A stretch of DNA of 64,000 nucleotides from Takakia lepidozioides. Lineage: Eukaryota; Plantae; Bryophyta. The notes below the pieces were generated by a model. The model was not told where the DNA came from and made no database searches. It saw only the letters and a list, made by a program, of their open reading frames with translations. Shown here one piece after another: positions 1 through 11,909 of the stretch. The position numbers were made by a program, and so were the translations under genes. Positions within the stretch are counted from its first letter, which is position 1. Each line of letters begins with the position of its first letter. The stretch is taken from positions 27,838,001 to 27,902,000 of the forward strand of contig CM060733.1 in NCBI GenBank assembly GCA_030704615.1. The letters are read 5' to 3'.

Positions 1-186
1 CCAAATTTGGCACAGTTTGGTGAGGAAGATTAACAAAACAACACAGCGCTGCAGGCTCACCTAAAACATCGAGCAATTCAGCACTTCCAAGCGAGCAATT
101 CAGCACAACGAGGAGGTCTTCTCTGCAATGAAAGGAAAACAGATTTCAAAGTGGGTTGGAGATTTCCATGAACAGATACGTGCCTC

Positions 187-1062
187 TCACTTTCTAGGCC
201 GGAGAGTAGGTTAAGAATAGCTGGAGAGTGGTTTAGTAAAGTACTTCGTAAGCAATCTGTTATGCCAAGCAGAGAGATTCTCCTGGTGCGCGAGCAGAAA
301 ATGTTGGACGTACATTAGACGTTCGTCGACGAGTTATGTTCAAGCCCACGAATGTCCTGCGTCTCTGAAACCCCGACGACAGAGAGGCATGCATGGCAGC
401 CCTGGGTAACGTAACTCCGACCTAGGGATTTCTGTGTGCCCTCTCTAATCCTGTAATGAAAGATTCAACAGGGGATTTTACAAACTGTGTTACATTCAGA
501 TTTGTTTCGAACAGCAGTTTCAAGCCAATTGTTGACGATTGAAGAGCAATAGAGGAGGACGAGGTTTATGGACAGGGTGATTAGAAAGGAGGCTACCTGG
601 AGGTGGAGAAATATGAGTAGTTACGTCCAGCAGTGATCAAAATTCAGCAAGAGAGTTGCTGGAATAGGCAAGGATTTGGAAAGCCAATATATGGAGGGGA
701 GGACGTTTGGAAGGAGTATTTTTGGAACCTCAGTCCACGGTGCAACAAGCGAGGCACTAAGTTGGGTGTCTGTGTTCTCACTGCACAATCCCACAACCCC
801 ATACACAGTTGTTGCACCTTTCGCAAGCTACAAGGCTAGAGGCTGTGCTAGAGGTGGATTAATCTCTCCCTCTTTCCTTCAGACATGTTTTTGTAGTCCT
901 GTCACCATGTTCTAGAGCCTGGAAGGTAGTTGCCAGTAAAGTTCGGGTTGTCATTACCTGTGATTTTCTGTTCTGGAGGGTGGGATAGCTCAATGAGACA
1001 GGGAGTTAATGTGGGGGCAGATCCATCCTAGAGGACAAGGTTTCAAAGCACAAGCATACTAA
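187..1062 (+). pseudogene. Truncated duplicate of the 5' exons of the PDF-PPR gene (copy A of 1833-2822)
   Basis: Colinear similarity to 1833-2822 (e.g. ggaggctacctggaggtggagaaatatgagta occurs in both). Encodes frameshifted EDVWKEYFWNLSPRCNKRGTK and, after gcag at ~1020, IHPRGQGF-KHKHT. Contains stops and has lost the GT donor (aagttgggt vs aaggtgggt). Confidence 0.75.
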
Positions 1063-1441
1063 CCACTCTGGCACTGATATAGGACCTGGACATCAATCAT
1101 AGGGTACTCTAGCGCCAATAGGGTCTATCGGCTAGGAGGGTCTATCAGCTAGGATATAGGGGTTTTATCAGAATCCATGATTTCAACTACTGTCTACATG
1201 GAATTGAAGTTTGCAGTCCACCTTGCATGCCTGGTAAAGCCCAGTCCCTGTTTCACTGGCAAGCCAATAAGGAAGACCAATTTTTTTCGAGCAATAAAAA
1301 GGATCTTGGAGGTTCACAAGTTCCTACTCGGCACCATGATTTTTTCAGACTTCATGACAAAGAAGATGTATGAAACGTGGCTTGTTTTCCTTTCAATCTA
1401 GTGAAATTGAGTCAGACTGACAAATGTTGTCATTGTAAGAT

Positions 1442-1834
1442 CTATTTAGGAAAGTAGGCCTCAACTACTACTTCCCTTCCTGACACACATGTTGATATGC
1501 TCTCCAACTTGATTAAATCGTTTTCCACACCAAATCCAGGTTTCGTTCTACGTTCCCCGAGAATGGTAGGTGAGATATTAACAACCAATTTATGTGCGAT
1601 TTCTTCCTTCAGAGCTTGTTGGGCCAGAAAGCTTTCAAGTCCTGAAAGATCAGGCCTCCTTGAGTCTAACAGCACAGAGCAAGCACCTCGCTGGTAGCAT
1701 GCATCTAAAACATGGTCAAGACTGAGCTCTTTCATGGTTACTACATCCACCCCCCTTGCACGCAGTCGATACTCCATAGATTGCCCTACTTGTCGACTAT
1801 AGCCTTGAACATCTTCCACTAGTGCGCTTTGATC
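1442..1834 (-). pseudogene. PYRD: 3' fragment of riboflavin biosynthesis PyrD (RibD-type deaminase; C-terminal reductase-like part only)
   Basis: GVDVVTMKELSLDHVLDACYQRGACSVLLDSR...KLVVNISP...VSGREVVVEAYF* resembles the plant PyrD C-terminus. No deaminase exon (HAE / PC..C) is found upstream; the sequence switches to duplicated PPR 5' DNA at ~1834. Confidence 0.7.
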
Positions 1835-2330
1835 ACTTTTTATGGCTGCAGAGTAGGTTAGGAGTGGGTGGAGAGTGATTTAGTATAATACTTAGGAGAC
1901 TTACCGTAAGCAATCTGTAGCAAGAGGAATTCTCAAGGGTGCGCGCACACACGGAGCGGAAGCTGTGGAGAATCTTGGACGAATGTGAATACATTATATG
2001 TTCTTTGAGGAGTTTACGTTCAAGCCCCCGAAACTCTAATGTCTCTACGACAGAGCGGCCATTGTAGGCCGCGGGTGCTCCATGTACGGTGGTTCCCGGA
2101 ATAAGTTATATACATATAAATTTTATATGTATTTGCCCACCCCTGAGCATGCATGTCAGCCTTCCACAAGTTTTCCAGGGATATCGGTGTGCCCTCACAA
2201 TCCTGGAATGGAAGATTCAAGAGGACATTTCACGAACTTCATTACATTCAGATTTTTTTCCGATTAGTTTCAAGCCAATTGTGGGGCATTGGAGACCAGT
2301 AGAGGAGGACGAGGTTTATGGACAAGGGTG

Positions 2331-5300
2331 ATGAGCAAGGAGGCTACCTGGAGGTGGAGAAATATGAGTATTTACTTCCAGCAGTGGTCAAAATTCAGCA
2401 AGAGAGTTGCTGGCATATGCAAGGATATGGAAAGCATGGAGCTTTGGAAGGAGTATTGTTCGAACCCCAGTCCACGGTGTAACAATCGAGGGAATAAGGT
2501 GGGTGTCTGTTTTCTCACTGCACAATTCCCTGTGGCTGGAAACCCCATATACATGTGTTGCCCCTCTCGCAAGCTACAAGGCTAGAGGCTGCTAGAGGGG
2601 GATTAAAATCTCTCTCCCTCTCTCCTTCAGACATGTTTTTGTAGTCCTGTTACCAATTCAGCATATTCTCTGGAGCCTGGTAGGTAGTTTGCCAGTAAAT
2701 TATGGGTTGTCATTATCTGTGATTTTGTGTTCTGGAGGCAGGGATAGCTCAAGGAGGCAGGGAGTGAATGTGGGTGCAGATCCATCGTAGAGGACCAGGT
2801 CTCAAGCACAAGCATATGAACGAGGCACAGTGGATTGCCAGCAACAAGAAACCTCCTTGGATGACAAGCTGGAGGCACCTAGGGGTAAGTATCCTTTTTG
2901 GGATGGATTCTGAACGAGAGAGAGAGAGAGAGAGAGAGAAGCATGTAGAAAATAGAATTTAGGGGGTGATAACTGGGAGACTTCTTGCTACACTGTTCCT
3001 ACGTTTGATCACATGACATGCATGCATTCTGTCAAGGATGGCTCTTTCCGAAGGGTTCTTTTGCCCCTCATTGGCTTACAAAGACCAGCAGGTTGTTGTC
3101 TAGTCAATCTGAAGTTTTTGACAAGTTTATGCTAGGGATTTGCAGAAAAATATGAAAAGAAACGATTACAGAAGTGGAGAAGCTCTTGAATGATGGTTTT
3201 GGAAACCCCAAACAGTGGTGGGACTATCGAGGCAGTAAGGTGACAGCCTGCTATGTTACAGCAGTGTGCAAACGACAAGATCAACGGAAAACCTTCCTCG
3301 CAAATTAGTGATGTTGTCCATGGTCTCTCCCGTGTCTCTCTCACTCTGTTTTTGTGCATCGGGGTTGAGTTGTTTGTCAGTTTCTCTGGTTCTGCTTTAT
3401 TGTCTACGGTGAGTGTTGACATCTCCTATGGACAGAGAAAAATTGTGTCTTTCCTCAACACTGTGACTGGCAGTGCAACCACATTTGCACGTGCCACATC
3501 TCTTGCAAGTGAGAGGACTAGCGGAGCCGGTCTACATCATGGTTTCTATGTTCAGGTTTCTTACTCATTGTTTTCAGAGGTTCTTTTCCTATGCAGAGTC
3601 TTGGCAGCTAGTCACTAAAAAATGATTGGATTGTCTTGTACTCTGTGATGGATTCTCTGAGATACAAGGCTTGTCAAATACACGGGGTGGGGTGGGGGGG
3701 GGATCTATCCTGTGAATTCTGTGGATGGAGGGAGAGCTGAGTGAGGGGGGCCTGGAGTGTGGTGCAGATCAATCCCAGAGGATTAGATTTCAGGCACAAG
3801 GGCACGGAAGAGGCACTGTGGATTGAAGACTACAAGAAACGTACATGGGTCAATGGTCAATTGAAAGTAGCAGCAGCACAGTTGTTTGAATCAGATACCT
3901 CCAGACGAAGAGAGAGAGGTTACAAGAAGTCTTCTGGCTCTTGGGATGTGAGGACAGTATGTAAAATGAGAGTGTGGGTGTGGAACAAGACAAGAGGACC
4001 AGATTGCAGGCATAAGGGCACTGAGGAGGCACTGTGGATTGAAAGCTACAAGAAACCTGCATGGATAGATGGTCAGCTGGAAGGAGGAGCAGCACAAGTT
4101 TTTCAATCAGACACCGCCAAACAAAGAGAGGGGATTCACAAGAAGTCTTTTGGCACGCGGGATGTTAGGACACTATGTAATACAGGACAACTGAAAAAGG
4201 CTCTGCACAGTTTGAACCAAGGTGGCATTCTGGCAGACTCCATCACTTATATCTCCATCTTGCAAGAGTGCACCAAGATGAAAAGCCTAGCAGAGGGAAA
4301 GCAGGTGCATGCCCATATTATCCAAAGTGGATTCAAGCCAGACATCTTACTACACAACACCCTTGTCAACATGTATGCTAAGTCTGGTAGCATGGTCGAT
4401 GCACGCCTAGTGTTTGACAACATGCCTGAACAAGATGTGTTTACGTGGAATATAATGATAGCAGGATATGCCAAGAATGGGCGTGGCAGGGAGGCTTTCA
4501 AGATCTATGAGCAAATGCTACGTGAAGGGATGACACCAGACAATGTCACTTTCTCCTGTCTTCTCAAAGCGTGTGCCAGCCTGGAAGCTTTGTTAAAAGG
4601 CATAGAAGTCCATGCTGACATGATCAAAACTGGAATTGAGCCTGATATTATTCTGGAGAATACCCTCGTTGACATGTATGCCAAGTGTAGGAGCATGAAG
4701 GATGCTCGTCAAGTGTTTGACAAGATGACTAAACGAGATTTATTCACATGGAGGGCGATGATTGCAGGGTATGCTAAGCAAGGGTGCAGCAGGGAGGCCT
4801 TCGAGATCTATGAGCAAATGATACGGACAGGAGTGACACCCAACAGTGTCACATTCTCTTGCATTCTCAATGCATGTGCCAGCCTGGAAAAGGGCATAGA
4901 GATCCACACTGAAATCATCAAAGCTGGAATTGAACCGGATATCATTCTGGACACTGCCCTTATTGCCATGTATGTCAAATGTAGGAGCATGAAGGATGCG
5001 CGTCGGGTGTTCGACAGTACGACTCAACGGAATGTGGTCTCATGGACTCTGATGATCACAGGATATGCCAAGCACGGGTGTGGTTGGGAGGCCCTGCAAA
5101 TCTATGAGCAAATGATATGCGAAGGGGTGACACCTGACAAAGTCACATTCCTTTGTGTTCTCAATGCATGTGCAAGCTTGACAACACTGCAAAAGGGCAT
5201 AGAGGTCCACAGCGCCATCTTGAAAGCTGGGATTGTATCAGACATCATTGTGGACACTGCCCTTGTTGACATGTATGCTAAATGTGGGAGCATAAACGAT

Positions 5301-6944
5301 GCTTGTCAAGTGTTCAACAATATGGCTCGTCGGAATGTGGTCTCGTGGAACGTCATGATCGGAGGATATGCGCAGCTTGGGCGTGGTACAGATGCTTTCA
5401 AGACCTACAAGAAAATGATACTGGAAGGGGTTATGCCGGACAAAGTTACTTTCACCTGCGTTCTAAATGTGTGCGCCAGTCTGGCAACACTGGAAAAGGG
5501 CAAAGAGGTCCATGCTGACATGATAAAAGCAAGAATTGGACCAGATATCATTCTGGAGAATGCCCTTGCTGACATGTATGCCAAATGTGGGAGTATGACG
5601 GATGCACATCAAGTATTTGACAATATGGCCAAGCGAAATGTGGTCTCATGGAATTTGATGGTGACAGGATATGTTCAGCATGGGCGTGGAAGTGAGGCTT
5701 TGATGATGTACACACAAATGATAGGGGAAGGAGTGATACCCAACTGGGTAACTTTTGTTGGCATTCTCAATGCATGTGCCAACCTGGCAGCCCTGGAAAA
5801 GGGCAAAGAGGTCCATGCTGACGTGGACAAAATGGGAATTGAGTCAACTATTATTCTGGGCAATTCCCTTGTCGACATGTATGCGAAATGTGGGGACATG
5901 AAGAATGCGCATCAAGTATTTGACAACATGGCTAAACGAGATGTGGTTTCTTGGAGTTCACTGCTTGCAGGATATGCTCAGCATGGGTGTGGTAAGAGGG
6001 CATTTGAAATCTACGAACAAATGAAAAAGGAAGGGGTGACGCCTGACAGTGTCACGTTTGTATGCATTCTCAATGCGTGTACAAGCCTGACAGCCCTGGA
6101 CAAGGGCAGAGAGGTCCACTCCGACATCATCAAAGCCAGAATTGTGGCAGATATCATTCTTGACACTGCTCTGATGGCCATGTATGCGAAATGTGGCAGC
6201 ATAAAAGATTCGCGTACAGTATTTGACAGCATGGCTGAACGAAATGTGGTGTCATGGAATGCAATGATCGCAGGATATGCTCAGCATGGGTGTGGAAGGG
6301 AATCTTTCAAGATCTATGAGCAAATGATACGGGAAGGAGTTATGCCAGACAAAGTCACGTTCATTAGCCTTCTCCATGCTTGTGCCAGCATGGGAACCCT
6401 GGGAAAGGGCAAAGAGGTCCATGCTGACATCATTAAAGCCAGTATTGTGCCTAATGTCAATCTGGAGAATACCCTTGTTGACATGTATGCCAAATGTGGG
6501 AATATAAATGATGCTCGCCAAGTTTTTGATAATATGACGAAGCGAGATGCAGTCTCATGGAGTGCGATGCTTGCAGGGTATGCTCGGCATGGGTGTGGCA
6601 TGGAGGCCTTGCATCTGTTTGAACAAATGCAGCAGGAAGGCTTGAAGCCAGATGGTATCACCCTTACATGTGTCCTCTCTGTATGTCGTCATTTGGGACT
6701 GGTGGATGAAGGCCTTCACTACTTCGATTCGATGACTCGAGATCATGGCCTCACTCCTACAGTAGAGCATTTTGGTTGCATGGTGGACCTTCTTGGCCGT
6801 GCAGGGCAATTGAATGAGGCCGAGGCTTTCATCAACAAAGTGCCAATCAAACCAGATGCTGCAGTGTGGGGTACCTTGCTTGGTGCCTGCAGAATTCATG
6901 GCAATGTCAAGCTGGCAGAATGCGTGGCAAAAAGCATGCTCTAG
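2331..6944 (+). CDS. PLS-class PPR protein (26 P/L/S motifs plus truncated E1) with N-terminal OSB-type PDF motifs; 5' exons partly degenerate
   Basis: Main exon 3768-6944 (acceptor gtgcag|ATC) reads L-S-(P-L-S)x7-P2-L2-S2-E1, with ~101-aa triplets and TVEHFGCMVDLLGRAG / VWGTLLGACRIHG. Candidate upstream exons: 2331-2498 (ELWKEYCSNPSPRCNNRGNK|gt), 2780-2884 (IHRRGPGLKHKHMNEAQWIASNKKPPWM) and ~3172-3239 (EKLLNDGFGNPKQWWDYRGSK|gt). PPR identity is certain; the exact exon model is less so. Confidence 0.8.
2915..2939 (+). repeat. (GA)n microsatellite in intron
   Basis: Direct observation. Confidence 0.9.
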
Positions 6945-7084
6945 TGGCACCCATAGCTGCTGCCACCTATAGGCTGTTATTGCAGATCTACTCTGTGGCT
7001 GGCTGGCGCAATGATATTGCAAAGGTGAGAAAACTGATGAAAGACAGAGGTATATGAGAGGAGCCACCTCTTTGCTGCTGCTAA
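6945..7084 (+). pseudogene. Out-of-frame remnant of the PPR E1/E2 extension
   Basis: After TAG 6942-6944 a shifted frame reads AATYRLLLQIYSVAGWRNDIAKVRKLMKDRGI*EEP (consensus YVLLSNIYA..GRW..V..VR..MK.RG..KEP). No DYW follows. Confidence 0.8.
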
Positions 7085-7136
7085 GATGAGGTAGGTGCTG
7101 CTAATATGGAACCTCTATTCTAGGGTGGGACAATAC

Positions 7137-9001
7137 TGTAAGGACAGGTCTGCAAAAGGGGCCAGGTCTCGGCTATTTCAAAGATGACATAGGTGTTGCT
7201 ATTCTGTCAAAAAAGCTAGGGTTGCTATCGGGACCACACTGCAAAGGTGACGATCATTTGGCCTCATCAACCCATCCTGGACATTGGGAAGGTGGGCTAC
7301 GACTGCTAGATCCAACAAAAGACATCTCCTTGCTAATCTTTGGAGAGGAGGAAACCCACATAAACCCCGTCGCAGAGCCGGATGGGTCCAAAAGACAAAG
7401 GCAGTATGAGGGGGTCAGTCACTGCTTACAAGGCATGCTCGTAACAGATGCCAGAGACAACGGAACGTGGGAAGCCACGCAGAAAGCGAAGACCTGTAGA
7501 GACTGGAACCCATCATGTGGCTCCACTCATCCCGACCCCTCTACTTCTAGTACTGCGTGCAAAAGCTTTACCATCTACTCTCCCTGTCTTCCAACATCCC
7601 CACTACACTATATGCTCTCTCTCAGCAATGTCGGGGGCAGACCTCTCAGTCCCTCCTCTATGGGCATAGAGGTTTTGGATTTTCCTTCTTTGGTGGATTC
7701 TTTAGTCACTCATGTACATCATAATGTCCATGGCGGAGATTGTTTTACAATAGTTTTACAAGTTACAACAGTTCTAGGTACATCACAGAAGTGTAGTCTC
7801 GACGAGATGGTTAGCTAAAATGTCTTTGATCGAATAGGTCATCAGGTTGAGTCTGCTTCGCGTTATCATTGTTCGTCCTTCAGTATATAATTTTTAAATC
7901 GTCAAATTTGGAAGGGAAAACCTTAGTGTGGACACTTTCATATCCATGTATGTATATTTTTCTCTCCTTTAGTTCCTGTATCCTCCTCAATACTTGCTAC
8001 TGCATCTTTGATACGCTCCTCCTGCCCCCTCCCGCGCAAAGCCCAATCACTACTACAGTCTACAGCCAAGCCAGAACACCACTCAGCTCGAGATATTGTT
8101 ATGTACCACTAGTGCCGTTGGCCCAAGTGTCAAGTGTCATCTAAGCCCAAGTGCGTCTCCTATGTCAAGGCCCAAGTGCGACCTCTAGGGTAGCCTCTGC
8201 CGTTTGCCCAAGGGTCCAAATGTCATCTAAGTCCAATGCAAATCTGACTAAGGGGGGCCTTAACTCAATCTGAGGTATTAAGTGCTACTGATCTAGATTA
8301 TGAGTGCAAATCCAGAAAAGCACTGAAGGAAAATTAGAAGAAGGCAATGCGTGGATTACACTAGTGCTATGAGGGCTGAGGGTTCATGGGAGAGAAGAAC
8401 CAGGGAGAGTAGAATCAGTAGTGACGGTAGTGGCAGGCAAAAACTGAGTGCCTCTTTTATGAAAATGTATTCTATGTATAATGCAGCCTTGAGGCTGTAG
8501 AAGAGGGCTTCAAATGCTTCCAGTTGATGTCTAGTTCAAACTCTGGCGATATGGTGGAGTGTCGTGCCATGGTCCCGCCAACATGATGGAGGGAGCTCGG
8601 TCCATATGCAGGTGTCGATCTCTGGGGAGAAACATATGATGAAGTGGCTTATGTTGCTTAGCCTAATTGAGGACTAGTAGAAGATTAGCCACGATCATAA
8701 TTAAGTAACGGCAGGTAATCCACCACTATGTCGACGAGGGTGGCAGGGCTCTCCACGTGATAATTACTTGGGCGAACTTTCCTGCGTTGAAAGCACCATG
8801 GCCAGTAGAGGAACCTAGGTATAAGATCAGGCTGAGTTTGTGCATACTTATTATTGTGGTGACAGTTGAGCGATCGGACTGATAGATGCATAGCAGAGAC
8901 ACACAGCTTGTTGTTGATGTTCATCGAGTCTTCACACTTAGTGTGTGTGAAAATTCACTATCAATACAAATTTCATATCTCTGACTGATTATGTCTTAAC
9001 A
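7137..9001 (+). mobile_element. Putative LTR (solo or 3' LTR remnant)
   Basis: Imperfect inverted termini TGTAAGGACA...TGTCTTAACA, a purine-rich tract (tagggtggga) just upstream, and clustered gcccaagtg motifs at 8120-8212. No TSD found. Confidence 0.35.
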
Positions 9002-10301
9002 ACATATAAGGCCTCGTTTGCCCAGGTGTTCTGAAAGCTGCCGCATTCCCAGAGTTGCGCTCGATATCTGCACAAGTTTTAGACCATGCTTTTCTTGACT
9101 CTACCCCTAGATCATAAAAGACACTAGCAAGCAAGGCAGAGATAGTGGATGTTTCACCAGAGAAGGTTTTCTTGCATTGGGCCTTCCATAAGTGCCAGAG
9201 GGCGGAGCTCCTAAGGGTCTCAAAAACAGGGCATGAAACAGACCTCTGCTTGGTCTGCTGGTTGTAGTTAAAGAAGAATGTCCAGGGAAGAAAGAGTCTT
9301 AGAGTCCCAAATGTCTGTAAAACTTTTTGACCAAAGGCCAGATTCTGGCTGGGGCAAGACAAAAGAGGATTGACAATGCCAATGCTCCAAGGATTCCTGT
9401 ATGCCTGCTGTACAACAGTTACATAGAAGAGCTGCCTGGAACTGTAACCACTCCCCCACCTTGAGCACTCTGTTAGCCACCTGCCAGAGGAACGCAACAA
9501 TTTTTGCAGGGCGGGATTTAATCCATACTGAGCTCCATATGACCTGCCAGTTCTCACTCTGGAAGCCATAGAGCTCCCATTTGGCATGCCATTTGCCTTT
9601 CAAGCAGCACGCGTTAAAGAGGGCCTTGTATCCCTTCCTAGTGGTGAACTCAAAAAAAGGCTCGGGGCTCCTAGCAAACTTCCAAGACCACTCCATAGGT
9701 CCCAGTGGATGACCCAAGATCCACACAAAGGTGACCAGCAAGCCATTGAGGAAGAGGCGACATGAGATCAGGTTCTATATAGATTGCAAAAAGGCTAGCC
9801 TTTTAGAGCCAACTATTTTAATTAGGTTGCATTCCTGGGCAGAAAGTCTATGTCACTCCTGGACCAGTAAAACTGCTAGGCGCACAGCTCTTGCACAGGG
9901 CTTATCAACAACTGAAGATACCAAATTTTAGCTCTGTCTTGTTGGGTTGGTTCAGACCTACCCCATCACTGGTGGCAAAACATCTTTGGTCTTCCTCCAA
10001 CACTAAATAATGTTCCATGGCTGTCTTGGGAGTATGGGAAAAAGCAGAGATGTTGTTGCCCACATATATTGAATTTTGTTTTTTTAGGGAGACATATCTG
10101 ATACCACAAAACTTGTGGACGTTTGTTTTGAAGGTCTGATGGGCTCCCCAGATAAAGTTTCTGATACATCTCTTCATCTCGTTCATGAATTTCGAGCCCG
10201 GTGTAACACCCATGATCTACACAAACTAAAATAGAAGTACTTCTCAATTTTTTTCCAAAACATCTCGATGCCTTCTAGGCTTTCATTGCATGTTTATATA
10301 C

Positions 10302-11029
10302 TGTCGCGGCCCTTTGCCTTGAGGGCAGGGGGTCGGGACACATGAGGGGCTGCCCCTGTAGTGGGGGCAGCGGCAGCGATAGGTATGGGGGGCTGAAGCA
10401 CCCTTGAGTGCCCAAGGCACTCAAGGAGGCGGAGGCGCTCACTAGGTGGAGCCCCGCACACCGGGTTGCGGTGGGGGTGGCTCCACAAGGGGTGGTGGTA
10501 GCTTAGCGGGACTTAGTGGGGGTGGCATAGGACTCACCATGGGGGCGAAGACCTCGTGGTGGGAGTCGTGGGGAGTCTTGGGACTCATCACGGTCCATAG
10601 GGGCCGTGGTGAGTGGGCTAAGACTCACCGCGACTCATCACCGGGAGTCGAGGGTTTTCGTGGTGGTTCGCCATAAAATGGCATGGCTGGTTGTGAAACC
10701 CCCGCGGACAGCTACAGAAGTATATATAAGGGGAGTAGTGACCCCGAGAACGGTGCAAGCCCGTTGGTGACCAAAAACTAGTGAGTAAGCGAGCGAGCCG
10801 GAAAGCGACCAAAGAGTGGGGAGCTGTTCCGGACTGCCATCTACCAAAGGGAATTCCACTAGGCCCAAATAGGTGGAGGGTTTAGTGGGAGAGCGAAGGG
10901 GGACCGTTATGTCCCGGTGAGCAGCAAAAGCTCCAAGTTGGCCAAGCGGCCAGGTTGGGAGTCAGGCGCGCGCATCAAAGCGAGTAACTATGACTTGAAG
11001 GGGAGCTTACCGAAGTGAGGTGCGCGACA
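10302..11029. mobile_element. GC-rich solo LTR nested inside an LTR
   Basis: Termini TGTCGCG...CGCGACA; TSD TATAC at 10297-10301 and 11030-11034. The sister LTR at 13807+ shows the empty site. Confidence 0.9.
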
Positions 11030-11208
11030 TATACCCTTCACAATATATTATTTTTAAAGGTTTGACTTGAGAGCCTAAAGTCAACCTTCCTAGGTTTGAC
11101 ATATTATCCACAATATGACTTTATCAAACAGTTGACCTATTCTCCATAATATAAATATCTTATAGGTTTGACTTGAGAGCCTTAAGTCAAACTTCCTAGG
11201 AACCTTCA

Positions 11209-11905
11209 TACTCGAGGTTTTTGTGATCAGTATAGACAATGACCTGATGTTGAGCTCTCTCCAATAGATGACGTCACTCCTCAAAAGCATCGATAATCGC
11301 TAGAAGTTCTTTGTCAAGGATTTCATAATTGATCTCAGCAGCGAAAAATTTGCGAGAACAAAAACCAACAGGGTGAAGTCGGTCATCTATACCGTATTGA
11401 GAGAGTACCGCGCCAAGTGCTAAGTCCAAGGTATCTGTTTCCAAAAAGAATGGTTTAGATGGGTCTACATGTAGTAGTATTGGAGCCGTTATAAATGTCT
11501 GCTTCAGCCTTTTAAATGTTTGGTCAACCTTCTCGTCCCATACAAATTTGTCCTTCTTTGTGAGTCGTGTCATTGGTGTAGCAATTTTGGAGTAGTCCTG
11601 GATGAAGATTCTATAGAAATTTACAAATCCTAGAAAATATTGTACATCTCGGACCGAAGTTGGTTTAATCCACTTGATGATGATTTATATTTTCTTCTGA
11701 TCCATCAGGACTCATTTGTCGGAAATAATGTAGCCCAAAAATTCGACTTCAGATTGATGGAAAAGACATTTTTCCAATTTGGCATATAGTCATTTTTCCC
11801 TCAATTTATCAAGGACAATACGTACATGGCGACCACGTTCTTCTTTATTATGTGAAAATATCAAAATGTCGTCCAAATAGATGACTACAAAGTCATCTAA
11901 AAATT
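11209..11905 (-). mobile_element. Ty3/gypsy RT-RNase H fragment
   Basis: FVVIYLDDILIFS, FFLETDTLDLALGAVLSQ, AEINYEILDKELLAIIDAF, VYTDHKNLEY. Confidence 0.9.
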
Positions 11906-11909
11906 CTAA

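Noticed and set aside
1850-3300. Stand-alone OSB gene or missing PyrD 5' exons
   Set aside because: No SSB-like domain or deaminase motifs seen; the last PDF half runs without a stop into the PPR array.
3741-3767. GTG start of the 1067-aa ORF
   Set aside because: This is a eukaryotic gene; the stretch is intron end before the gtgcag acceptor at 3767.
4247-6661. Repeated antisense ORFs over the PPR arrays (also 27656-28847 and LRR 47165-49992)
   Set aside because: Shadow frames of repetitive coding sequence.
6942-6956. Stops rescued by U-to-C editing (TAG>CAG)
   Set aside because: Reverse editing is organellar and this is nuclear DNA; a frameshift is also present, and C>T decay explains the stops.
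7222-7818. 198-aa ORF
   Set aside because: Non-ATG start, no motif, lies inside LTR-like DNA.
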